Positions 11,701 to 23,391 of a stretch of DNA of 64,000 nucleotides are shown here, in pieces. Both the position numbers and the translations under genes were made by a program. Source of the stretch: Anthoceros angustus (taxonomy: Eukaryota; Plantae; Anthocerotophyta); NCBI GenBank assembly GCA_010909165.1, contig VJWM01000134.1, positions 124,001 through 188,000 on the forward strand, given 5' to 3'. Position 1 is the first letter of the stretch; the number at the start of each line of letters is the position of its first letter. A model generated the notes under the pieces. The model saw only the letters and a list, made by a program, of their open reading frames with translations. It did not search any database and was not told where the DNA came from.

Positions 11701-14449
11701 TCATTGGTCTCGAGAAGGTTCATTCGGTAGACGCATTTGGCGGCAGATACAATCCCCTACGAGATACCATAGATCAATGTTAAAATCACATGCAAGTTTA
11801 CTTCAAGCAGCGAGCTCTTAACCTAATCATGACGCAATGAGGAAGGCTTAGGAAAGGGAAAAAAGAAAGAAAAATGAAAAGAAACTTGTACCATTGTTTG
11901 ATCCGAGAATTAAGCTCGTTGGTGTAGGAGGTATATTCGACCTGGAAGATATTATATATTAGCACATGCGAGATCATATATCCAAGTTTGCTTCAATTGT
12001 TGCCAAGAAAATAAGGGGCAGAACCCTTTGTCTTGTCGACCTTTACGGAGGTACATTGTTTGTCGATGACACTCTTGCCCTTACGCTGTCACGGCGCAGT
12101 TGATCCTCGTGCTGATCCTTGCCCTCTTGTAGTCAAATCAACCGCTACCGCCACAGTGGTACAAGCAATGTAGTAGGCACAATCGATGTAGAAGGTTCAT
12201 TTGGTAGAGAAGGTTCGTTCGGTGGAGAAGGTTCATTCGGCGAAGGTTCATTCGTAAACCGCATTTGGGATACAATCCCCTACGAGATACCATAGATCAA
12301 TGTTAAAATCACATGCAAGTTTACTTCAAGCAGACTCTTAACCTAATCATGAGCTGCAATAAGAAAGGCTCAAGAAAGAAAAATGAAAAGAAAAATGAAA
12401 AGAAACTTGTACCATTGTTTGATCCGAGAACTCGCGAGCTCGCTAGTGAAGGAGTTATATTCGACCTGGAAGATATTATATATTAGCACATGCGAGATCA
12501 TATATCCAAGTTTGCTTCAATTGTTGCCAAGAAAATAAGGGGAGGAACCCTTTGTCTTGTCGACCTTTACGGAGGTACATTGTTTGTCGATGACACTCTT
12601 GCCCTCTTGCTACGTGATGGCAGTTGATCCTCGTCCTTGTGATCTTTGCCCTATTCTTTGGCGAATCAATCGGTGCCACCACTCTCTCATCAAGGTTGTT
12701 AAGATTTTTATAAGAACCAATCCTTCATATTCGCGACTTCTTACTATGACCTTGCAATTAATGCTGCAAAACCAATCCGAATGCGGGTCACGGTTTCCAA
12801 TGTTACATCACATGTTTTGCACACTAATTCTTTCCCATTTGGTTTTCCCTTACATTCTTGGTTCCCAAGAAAATATACTTCATAATTATTAGATCGACAA
12901 GTACGGATATGATCCCCTATGAGATACCATAGATCGGTGTTAAAATCACATGCAAGTTTACTTCAACCACTTACGAAACTAATCATGAGCTGCAATAAGA
13001 AAGGCTCAAGAAAGAAAAATGAAACTTGTCTTGTGCTTGATCCGAGAACTCGCGAGCTCGCTAGTGAAGGAGTTATATTCGACCGGAAGGTATCGTATGT
13101 TAGTGTAGAATCACGGCAAAGTTTGCTTCAATTGTTGCCATGAAACTAAGGGTGATACCCTTTAAATTTGTCTTGTCAACCTTTGTGGAGGCGTTGTTTG
13201 CCCATGACACTCTTGCCCTCTTGCTACGTGATGGCAGTTGATCCACATCTGTTGATCCTTGCCCTCTTGTAGTCAAATCAACCGGCCACAGTGGTACAAG
13301 CAATGTAGTAAGCACAATCGATGTAGAAGGTTCATTTGGTAGAGAAGGTTCGTTCGGTGGAGAAGGTTCATTCGGTGCGAGAAGGTTCATTCGTAGCGCA
13401 TTTGCGCGCGGATACAATCCCCTACGAGATACCATAGATCAATGTTAAAATCACATGCAAGTTTACTTCAAGCAAAGCTCTTAACCTAATCATGACACGC
13501 AATGAGGAAGGCTTAGGAAAGGAAAAAAGAAAGAAAAATGAAAAGAAACTTGTCGCCATTGTTTGATCGAGAATTAAAAGCTCGTTGGTGTAGGAGGTAT
13601 ATTCGACCTGGAAGATATTATATATTAGCTATGCGTAGATCATATATCAAGTTTGCTTCAATTGTTGCCAAGAAAATAAGGGGCGGAACCCTTTGTCTTG
13701 TCGACCTTTACGGAGGTACATTGTTTGTCGATGACACTCTTGCCCATACGCTTTCCCGGCGTGATTGATCCCCTGTCCTTGTGATCTTTGCCCTATTCTG
13801 GCGAATCAATCGGTGCCACCACTCTCTCATCAAGGTTGTTAAGATTTTTATAAGAACCAATCCTTCATATTCGACTTCTTACTATGACCTTGCAATTAAT
13901 GCTGCAAAACCAATCCATGTGGTCACCAGTTACTTCATAATGTTACATCACATGTTTTACTAATTCTTTCCCATTTGGTTTTCCCTTCTGTTCTTCAGTT
14001 CCCAAGAAATATACTTCATAATTATTAGATCGACAAGTACAGATATGCGAAAGATCAATACTTTCAGCAGTAAGTATTTCCGCATTTTCGTCAATGGTGA
14101 AGGATGCCCTGTATGAACATCTTCGTAGATGAAGAATTCGATGACCTGCATGATTTTGTTGTACTCTATGGTACAAAGCGGTCCTTCACGACAAGTAACA
14201 CAATATTTTGCAAATTCAGATCTTTCTTATTGAGTTTAGCTCCATCGCTCCATGATATCGCAAGGCCTTTGCTCCACGCCTTTCATGACTTTACGGGGTC
14301 TAGGTTTGGTTGGAAAATATGCATCTCTATTGTTCACCAAATCTACGATCCAATGTGTAACACAAGGTCACGTGAATCATCATTCCTTACATATGAGGCA
14401 TCATTTGTGAGTTCTTCCTCTGTTTCACTATCACGTGCTTGACCTCCAT
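8800..14449 (-). CDS. PLATZ zinc-finger transcription factor gene (domain ~14270-13885) with tandemly amplified downstream exons; frameshifted as assembled
   Basis: Minus-strand pieces read PC.YH...YCVTCREGPLC...NHAGHRILHLRRCSY...IDLSHICTCRSNNYEVYFL...(C)KTCDVTL...DWFCSINCK. This matches the PLATZ layout C-x2-H..C-x2-C..C..H-x2-H, RRxSY, C-x2-C-x~11-C-x3-C. Start ATG (14449) and 3' limit are tentative. Confidence 0.75.
9000..14045 (-). repeat. Tandem array of nine ~500-640 bp units with a ~1668 bp three-unit higher-order repeat and internal 18 bp subrepeats (AGAAGGTTCATTCGG...)
   Basis: Anchor (GAT)ACCATA(G/A)ATC..TGTTAAAATCACATGCAA at ~9000, 9561, 10085, 10617, 11257, 11763, 12286, 12924 and 13428. 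Identical ORFs recur at offsets of 1667-1669 (10807/12476; 11252/12919; 11433/13100). Confidence 0.95.
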
Positions 14450-14749
14450 TTTGTAAGTTGCTTTTTACACCAAAGTTGCGATAAAGGGTACATATTCAAA
14501 CTCATACTCCTTGATGTGATATCGATGTGCACTATGTTTCGTCCATCCTCTTGCACAACATAAAATAAACAGCAATGTATGAATAATGGTCCAATGTCCA
14601 CTATCGAATTAATATGTAAGTACTAGCAGATGAAAACATATATAGAATTGCGTAGATAAAATCAACAGTCCACCTAATACTCATCATGAAAGTTTGATGT
14701 AAGAACATCAAGAAACTAAATATATAATCATAAAATTAACAAACAACAT

Positions 14750-15220
14750 AAATAAAATAAGAGTTAAGTATAATGTTCAAGTACAATAGAAGCCTAAAAC
14801 ACTAACCTATAGAATAATGATGATGTTGAGGTAGGACTTGAACTTGGTTTAGTATACACACACATATATAGACAGACTAAGAACGTGTGTTCGATATATT
14901 TTGATCTCTTTCGAGGATGGCTTTAAATTTTTTTAATGTGTTTAATGTAATAGAAGGGACAACGACATAATGAATCCCTTAAGAGTCTACAAGTTAGTTG
15001 AACTATAACATTATTCACAACAAGACCATTATTAAAGATCATGAATGCTACTACTTACATGAAGATAGTATACAAATGAAGTATTACTAGCACAATAATT
15101 GTGGGCTGTATTACTCGGTGAACCGGCATTGCGGACTATCACTCCGGTGAACCATCAATTGTGGACTATCACTCCAGAGAACCGACAATTGTGGATTGTT
15201 GAACACTCAATTTATAATAG
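14750..15220. repeat. ~500 bp dispersed repeat, copy 2 (see 6340-6870), with 30 bp subrepeats
   Basis: Same shared strings as copy 1; GGACTATCACTCC repeated at 30 bp spacing near 15135-15180. Confidence 0.75.
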
Positions 15221-15922
15221 ATAGATAGATAGATAAATATATTTGTACGCTGCAATTGGACAAGCAATGACTACCTTACGGGTACAAGATAAGCACATCG
15301 CTAGCACAAGTTGCTTGTGGCATACAAAGTGGTGTACATATATGTGTGTCACAGCTATTGGATTTGGAGTGCTTGAATTCATGAGTGTCTCAATAATGTT
15401 GGGTTTAAATAAATTTGGACTTCCTTCTCACAAGGGTTTTGAACTTTCTTTCATACCATAATGCACTCCAAGGGGTTTGCACGGGCATAAAGAGTTTGGC
15501 TGAGATAAGAGGTATGATTCATGAGAGCCTCTCGAGATTGGGTGATAAGCATTGGAGGTATCAGTTCATGAGGGCGCCTCTCGATATTGGGTGATAAGCA
15601 TTAGATCGATCAATTCTTTTTAATCATTATAGCTAGGTATTTTCGTAGTTATAATTTTATATTCATAACTAGGTAATAGATGATTGATCCATCTTGGTAG
15701 CCCAAGCTGCGAGTCAATATCGAATCGAACAAGCCATAGAATACTAATGACTTCATTTCCTAAAACCGGATGAAAAGAGTAAATACTATGGATATGTCCT
15801 GCTTGCACATCGTCTACAACCAAGGAGAACGCATGGAGAAAAAACGACAGGGGATGAGTTACCTAAACGCCTTGATAACGAATCGGGCCGGTGGCATCGG
15901 CAACAGTGAAACATATCTCATG

Positions 15923-15997
15923 TTTTGGTTTGACACAAGTGGGCTCCTTTTGGTTTGACACCAGTGGGCTCCTTTTGGTTTGACACCAGTGGGCTCC
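15923..15997. repeat. 25 bp tandem repeat x3 (TTTTGGTTTGACACCAGTGGGCTCC)
   Basis: Read directly; one mismatch in the first copy. Confidence 0.9.
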
Positions 15998-16669
15998 GGG
16001 ACCAACTCCACTCTTCTAGTGGACACGCGGATGAGAAGCAACCAAAGCCGCCTCGAGGCGGCTCGTCAAAGGGCTCGTTATCTTTCACACATACACTATT
16101 GAGCGCCGTCTCTTGGAAATGATGGAATGCTCATAGCCTTCTTTCCGTGGCTGCATGTGCTTCCTTAGGAAAATCGGCTTTTGAACAACTCTGAATGGTA
16201 GGCACAAACCAAATGCATGCCATGGCAGCCAAGTTGTTTATTCTAGGCCATGTCGCACTTTTATACCTCGAGTGCACATGTTCCGAGACACAACGTATCC
16301 CTTTCATCTTCGATCTGCAAGAGGGGCAGGTACTTCTAATGCAACTCATTACATGATGCTTACAGGCAGAATTTGACCAAGCTTTTGCCTCTCCACCTAA
16401 CAGTACAAGTACGCAAGCCATGGGTACGCTCCTCCCATCTCCAGTCGACTCATTTCATTTTGACCCAGTCTCCCCGCCGCCCACTGACTGCAGCGGACAT
16501 ATAAGCTCGCCGTAGAAGCAGAAGCAGAAGCAGAAGCAGTAATCACACACCGTCTTCCGGGCTCTCATCTCCACTGCACTGCCCACTACTCCGATCGCCA
16601 AGCTCACAGCTAGCGCATGCTCTGGACTCCTGCACAGCCTCCGACAGACCTGTCTGCTTCTATTACAAG

Positions 16670-17460
16670 ATGGCCAGCTTCAACGCAGCGTGGGTTCTTC
16701 TGTCGGCGCTGGTGGCAGCCAGCAGCCTGATGGCCGCCGTGCAAGGTGAATCCAGCGCGCGTTCAACACACTGCATTGCATCGATTACTAGCTATAGCCT
16801 TGCTTCCTGCTGAATGATGAAGCATAGCTGTGATCGTGAACTCTCGAGATTGAGCAGAACGTTTGTGTGGAATGGTGGGTCAAACTGCAGGGTGCTACGT
16901 GCAGATACAGAACCACTGCCCCTACCCCGTCACCAGCTGCGCGCAATCCAGAGCCGACCCCATCGCGCAGTTCCAGCTGGCCTCGGGCCAGTCGCAGACC
17001 CTGGACTTCGGCTCCGCCTGCAGCTGGCCGTCGGCCACGATATGGGCGTCGGTGCGAGGGCAGTGCGTTGCGCCGGGGAACCCTGCCGCCGCCAACGATA
17101 AGAACCTGGCCGATCTGGCGGAATTCAACCTGGCCAGCCCCACCGACTTCTACGATGTCAGCAACGTGAACGCCTACACCATCGGCCTCAAGATCCAGCC
17201 CGTTGCCAGCAGCTGCGGCGCACCTTCCTGCTCCATCCCGACATCCGCTCCTTCTGCGGCGCCAACAACCAGCTGCTGAGCCTGCCCTCCGGGCGCTCTC
17301 CTGCATCAACACCGACGGCACTGCCGGCCGAGGCCCCTCGGACGGCACCCGCCTGTTCAAGGCCGCCTGCCCCTCCTCCTACAGCTACAACTACGACGAC
17401 GCCACCTCCACCTTCACTTGCCCCCACGGCACCAACTACAATGTCATCTTCTGTCCCTGA
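16670..17460 (+). CDS. Thaumatin-like protein, copy C: exon 1 16670-16745, intron 16746-16890, exon 2 16891-17460
   Basis: Signal peptide [26 protein letters not shown] and a GT...CAG intron in phase 1. The TLP body ends ...[16 protein letters not shown]. Two single-base deficits fall in C/G runs (~17237, ~17292). TATA-like CATATAA at ~16498 and (AGAAGC)n in the leader. Confidence 0.9.
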
Positions 17461-17519
17461 TCGATTTCTGTGGCTCTCGCGCACATACCTGCTCCTGGGC
17501 AAGGATTTGATCCACACGT

Positions 17520-18140
17520 ACGGAGACATGTAGTATGTGGTTTCGTAAAGAGTTCACGACTTGTGAACATTGGCTGGTAGCAGGGCAGTGTAGATTGGGA
17601 AATCAATTTGGACATACACGGTCATTGTGTGCCATCATCTGTAGCAAACAATCGCATGCAAGCATGTCTTCCCAGGTCACATTTCCATGATTCCGCCAGA
17701 CCCCCAGCAGTGATGCACACCAAACTGCTCAGCCAGGTTGAACCGGCATGGCCAAGAGCATGGCTTCTGCTTTGCTAGCGCTGAAGAGTCCATCCCTGCC
17801 AAAAGGTTGGTCAATCATGCAGCTAGAATAATGGCTGAAGTCCCTCTCCCCATAGGAGGAAGTACTTTGAAGCATTCAAGTACTTCACTCCTTCCTAACA
17901 TTCGAGTTTGGCTGCAGGCAGGCAAAAGCATAGGTAAAGAACTGTGTTGGCCACAAAGATGCTGCCACTGGTTGGACACCTTCCTTCTGCTTTGTTGCAT
18001 ACAGTTCTAACGCCTTTTCCCTTATTCCTGCTCCATAGAGCAACCTAGGATTGCATTCCATGTTACCACATCCGAGGTCAGGTACAACAATCCTGTGCAA
18101 CAACAACAGCAGTGCGGCTCCACTCCTCATTCCCACAGCC
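17520..18140 (-). pseudogene. PLS/E-class pentatricopeptide repeat gene remnant 1
   Basis: Minus-strand pieces DVVTWNAILG, EKALELYATKQKEGVQP, LLPACSQT.ML, ID..FGRDGL..AEAMLLAMPVQP..AVW..LLG. Stops and frameshifts present. Confidence 0.7.
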
Positions 18141-18389
18141 CGCTAAATCAACGCAGTGTACAGTTGTGTCGGCGTGGACACCATCCCGACACGAAGCGAA
18201 AATACATGAAGCGCTCGTTGAGAAAGCTTCAGTGCAGCAGAGCGCGTTCTCATGTGAATGTCGAGGTCACAAGTTTTGAAGATCAAAAAGTTTGGAAGAG
18301 GCTCTGCGCTTATGCTGGTTTTCATCTGTCGCTTCAAGGAACCAACATGTCCGAAAGAAGGAGATGAGGAATAAACCCTGAACCCTCTC

Positions 18390-18890
18390 TCTGTTGCAGT
18401 TCATGGATCTCTGGTACGGAATCCCAGCATTGGCAAAGATTTGGGACATGAGCATGTATGGTGAAGCTTCCAGTGGCTGCAAGTGCGCTAGGCAGTCAAA
18501 AGGATGTCTTCCTAGGCCACATTTCCATGAATCCGGCAGACCCCAGCAGGGACGACCAAACTGCACAGTCAGGCTGAATCGGCATGCCCAAGAGCAGCGC
18601 TTCTGCTCTGCTAGCCTGAAGAGTCCATCCCGGCCAAAGAGGTCGGTCAATCAAGCTAGAATATTGGTTACCTGAGGCTGTAATCGGCTCTGGTCCCTCT
18701 CCATACCAATACTTTTAGGCAGCAAGGTACTTCCCTCCTGCCTACAACATTCCAGTATGGTTGCAGGCAGACAGAAGCGAAAGAATTGTGTCGGCTTCCT
18801 CATGCAAACCAGATGCAGGAAACGCTGCAACGCACAAACATCCAGCTTGGCCAGCTGAAACCCTACAACCTGGTGCCAGGAATCCGGGGC
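18390..18890 (-). pseudogene. PLS/E-class PPR remnant 2 (paralog of remnant 1)
   Basis: LSLLSACNHTGML, DLFGRDGLFRLAE, MPIQPDCAVWSSLLG, LGRHPFDCLAHLQPLEASPYMLMSQIFANAG (E-domain-like). DNA aligns with ~17640-17940. Confidence 0.7.
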
Positions 18891-19087
18891 CACAACACTA
18901 CGGTGGTTAAGATTCTGGAAAAGGGGAAATCACAACACTACGGTTGTACTGTGAGTTCAGCAGTCCGAAGTTCTCAACACTACGGTAGTTAAGATTCTAC
19001 GGTAGTTAAAATTCTGCACGGCCAGGCAAGCGACCAGATGGAACCACGAGTTCTGTTTCTTTGTGATGGGGCTTCCTGAATTTCACC

Positions 19088-21179
19088 TCAGGCTGGCTGG
19101 AACGGGTGAGGACTCATTATTATAGACTCCTCCTTGAAAATGGCTGGTCTTTCAGCGAACCCTTTGAGCTCCATGTCAGAGACGCCGGCTCGTCTGTCAA
19201 GGAGCTCTGCCTCTGCCTTCGCAAGAGCACTGGGCTGCAAAGGGATCCCCAGACATTTGCGTGTGGGGATCTCAATTGCTGCTGCAACCAGCAGTCCTAA
19301 ACTAGAGGCTACTAGGGCGATAATAAAAGGTGGCCAGTCATACTGATCGAAGAATACCTGTGGCAAGAAGGGCAAGCATCAGAAGTTGGGACACGGAGTT
19401 GTGGGTGAAAGCATAGGAGTAGAGCTTGGAGAGTTACCAGATGCAAGGATTTGGACACGCTAGTGTGCCATCCGTTGCTGCGGATGGCTGCATACACAAT
19501 CACAGATATAAGTCCAGACAAGCAACCGCTAAGGGTTGACATGGGTGTCACTATGCGCTCAGCCCAGTAGCCGGTGAACAGCCCTGACATTATGGGGAGT
19601 GCGGATGTGGTTGTCACGATGTTGCTCATGAGGAACAGGCTGTTGATATTGTAGCCCTGGGCAAGGTGTACACGATAGAGTCAGTGTTTGTCATCACTTC
19701 ACCAACAGATCCAACAAGCAATGGCATGGTTTGCCTACCCTGCGTGATACCACGAGGCATGGAACCGTTACAACAACCATCAACAGACGGCTCCACATAA
19801 CGGACTGGTTTCGCAGAAACACGTCCGCAATGCAGTTGTGAGAGCATTTTGTAGAGAATCTCCAGCTGAGTCGCTCGTATAGTGACCCATACCATACCAT
19901 CTGCAAGTGGACCACAAATAAGCTGGGGTTGTGCAATGCACACAAACAAACATGTATATGTTGAGACTACAGACACCAGGTAATGGCGACAGGGACAGTG
20001 CCACACCTGGACTCCATCGCTGTTCGTAAGCAACGTGAAGAAAATGGTGTTGCCGCACTCATCTGGTCCAGAAGGCACAAACTTCCCAGACCAGGCTGCG
20101 ATGTACCCACCGAATCCAAAAGGAAGCACACAAGAATCACCTAGTACACGGAGCATGAGCCTTTTAAGTGTTCCTGCTTAACCACATTGCCTTTTTCAAC
20201 CCCAACATCAGATTAACATACAAGAGGACATTCATTACCTGGCAAGCTCCCAGAAAGCACCCTGCTTCAACTTTCGGTCGCTGACAGATGCCATATCGCC
20301 TCACTGAACGACGAGGCGGATATCAGGAGATCGGCATAGTGGCAATCGAGGCATACCCTGCACAGTCAGCACGATATGATGGATTATACAGTCTTCCCTG
20401 CCGAGAAAGCAAGCCTTGCTGGCAAGCACACGAGATTGTGTCCACAAATCGCTTCGCTGAAGAGCAGTTCCGAGTCAGCGTCCTCCAGCATGTTCAGAAT
20501 TGGATCCTACAACTAGTTCCAAGTGCACCAGACACCGCTATCGTACCTTCCTGACGAAGTCTGTGAAAGACATGACGTTCGGCAGCCTCCTGGTGATGTG
20601 GGCGCCAAAGAAACCCTGCAACAGAATGGGCAGGCCACAACCCACGGCGCACACAAGCCCCACAATCCCTGCCTCACAGTTGAGCCATGAGTTCATGCTG
20701 ATCATAGCAGAGATGAGCAGGCTTTCCTAGCCCCAGCACACCCGCCACATCCAACCACTCACTCACCATATGCGTAAGCGTAGGATGGGAGGAGAAAATT
20801 GCCCATGGCCCCATCGCTGCAGCGTAGAAAGAGCCGGCAATCCTGAAAGCTCCAGCTGTTCCCCGTGCTGTCAAGAAGAATTCAGTGGTGTCCTTGCCCT
20901 GCATCCACCAGCCCAAGCGGGACCCTGGTCAGTCACACAGCCAGCCCTTCATGACCTTGCTGGAACCAGACCCGGGCCCGAAACCCACCTCCATCACCTT
21001 CCGCTCCTGCCTGATGATAGCAAACACGAGAGCAAACACCCGAAGCCCGTTACGGCCACAGAGCACAATACGTAGCTCCACAGAGCAAGCGCGGAAGCCA
21101 TGGCCACCCCAGCAAGCGCCTGGCTTGCTGGGACCTCCTGCCATGCTCGGGAAAACGAGAGAGGCAGCTCTTCGTCCAT
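19088..21179 (-). CDS. Sodium:solute symporter (SSS/SSF) family transporter, copy 2 (frameshifted as assembled)
   Basis: Same motifs as copy 1. ATG 21179 (MDEELPLSFSRAW); last exon ends ...IFKEESIIMSPHPFQPA* at 19088. Confidence 0.7.
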
Positions 21180-23391
21180 TCCCGCCAGTTCGTATGCGTC
21201 AATTCCGATTGAAGTTAGCCCTCGCCGCCAAAATCTTGCGCTACGTTGGGGACGTGCAAAGTGGGTAGATTCACGGTTGCTGGGTCTCTGAACCTTCCAA
21301 TGCACCTCTTTGACTTGCTACGTAGCTGTCAGCAACTGCTGAATGCGCAATCCCTGCCCTCTCGCTGCTGGCTTTGGTTTTGTGTTTCCTCCTGCCTGCC
21401 CTCAGACTCTAACACCCCTCCATCCTCTCCCCAGGCCCACCATTGTCTCTCCCACACACCTGCCCTAACGTCCTCAGCTCGATTCACAAGGACTGGCCCT
21501 GGCTTCCCCTATCTCACTCCGCGGGCTGTTCCAATGCTCAGCTTCAGGCAAGTCTTCAAGCTCCAACGTAACATAGGTGTGTTAGCTGTGTAGTACCAGG
21601 TATGCTCGCGTTTTGCTCTCAGCTCCCTTCACTCGATCATTGACAATCACTCAAACCAATGAGACAATCACTCAAATCGATGACAATCACCCAAACAAGA
21701 ATCGCACAATCTCAACAGGGGCTGCCCTGTTTTATGCGACTTCTGCTTCTCCGATCCCTGCTTGCTTCACATGCCCGCAGAAAAGAGGCGTCACAACAGG
21801 CTCGATCCGACTAGCATCTGTCAAACAAGGGCTGCCTAACCCCTGCATTGGCAGCTGCGGCACCAAGGCATTTGTGATACGAATGCCATCACGGATTACG
21901 CACCACTGTTTGGTCCCACCCACACCGTCCTCACATTCGACACAACACGTCCTCACTAGACTCCTCCTAAAATCAGGAGTGAACATATATCATTTCCAAC
22001 GCAATTCGGGAAGGACGCTCCCCAAAGTTCAACCCAATTTTGCCAAGAAATCGCAGTAGCTAATCTCGTCGGAGCACATGGCCGGCTAAATCTCAGTTCC
22101 CGAGGCCGGGCAGGATGCACCAACAAGCAGCCACTTCAGCTCCCTGCTCGTTGTGAAGAAAACTTCCTTGGGAGGCCCAGATTCATTCTCCTTCAGTGAT
22201 CGGCTACTGTGTCACACCTCCAAATCTCGGCCATGCATATGGGACCACCTGGCACCACAAAACCTGATCCAGGCTACGGTTGAATCTACCTCCCGAGCAC
22301 GTCTAGGACAGATGTTTCCTGGACATGTTGGCCATGTTACTTCACACAGAGGAAGGACGCGCTCTCGACTCAAGCTTTCCCCAGCTGTTGCTCACCGAGA
22401 GCTTTGTCAAATCGTCCTAGATACAGTTTCAGAGCTAATCTTGGGAAATCGGTCATTGCTATCTGCCATTATTTCCACATATAACTGCTACAGATGATGG
22501 CACACAATGACAGGGTGTCTCCACATCTATTTCCTATTCTACAGACTCTACACTCTACCCTGCAGGCCACTGGACAGATGTTCCAGTTAGTTTGTCAGAT
22601 CAATTCCTCACCAACCACAGTGGAGTTGGATTACCCTCAGCATTTCATGATATGCTGCCATTCTTGATCCTGATGTAGTCTTCGGAGCCGGAATCAACAG
22701 CAAGAATTTGAGCGCTAGCGTTTCCTACTGAATGATGAGAGTGCTAGGATCGTAGAAAGCGCACGAGGGGTATGAGCCAACCTTTGGAATAAGAGCTCCA
22801 TCAGAGGTCAACCCCGTTGACTTAGACTCTTCAAAACTCACTTTGTGACCTCTGACATTCACATACAGTACGAAGGACGAGCTCTCGACTCCATCTTTCC
22901 CGATACATGCTCAGCTGCAGTCAATCTCTCAACGAACGCTTTGCCGATTCGTTTTCAATTTCAGAGCTCACAGACCATGGCCAGGGAAATCAATCATTCC
23001 AACTTGCCACTGTTCGCGCACTTGTAACTGCTACAGAAATTGGCACACGGATGACCGTGTGTCTCAAAATTCATCTCCTTAGTCATGATACACACTGCAG
23101 GCCCCTGGACAGTGGATGCCACAACTTGCTGCTGCTGCCGCCAGCCAATGTTCACAACGGTGAACTCGTTCGCGGGATCTTCTTCAAATCCTTTGAGTAG
23201 CGAGCAGCGGCCCATGGCCATGGCAATGGAGAAGAAGCAATGCAATGTACAAGAATTCAAGAGTTCTGCGACATGGTATGAAAAGCCAGCACCTTACATA
23301 GTGGCCACTAGCCACACTGGTGACAACCAGTGTCACCTATTGCATACTTGCCTTCTCATCCTCCTAACATTGAGCAGCAGAAATCGATCCA

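Noticed and set aside
9000-14045. CRISPR-like repeat-spacer array
   Set aside because: Units are 500-640 bp with homologous, not unique, interiors; the 18 bp subrepeats are contiguous; context is eukaryotic and no cas genes are present.
14104-14442. Plus-strand 112 aa ORF as a gene
   Set aside because: Antisense to the PLATZ coding region, which carries the conserved motifs.
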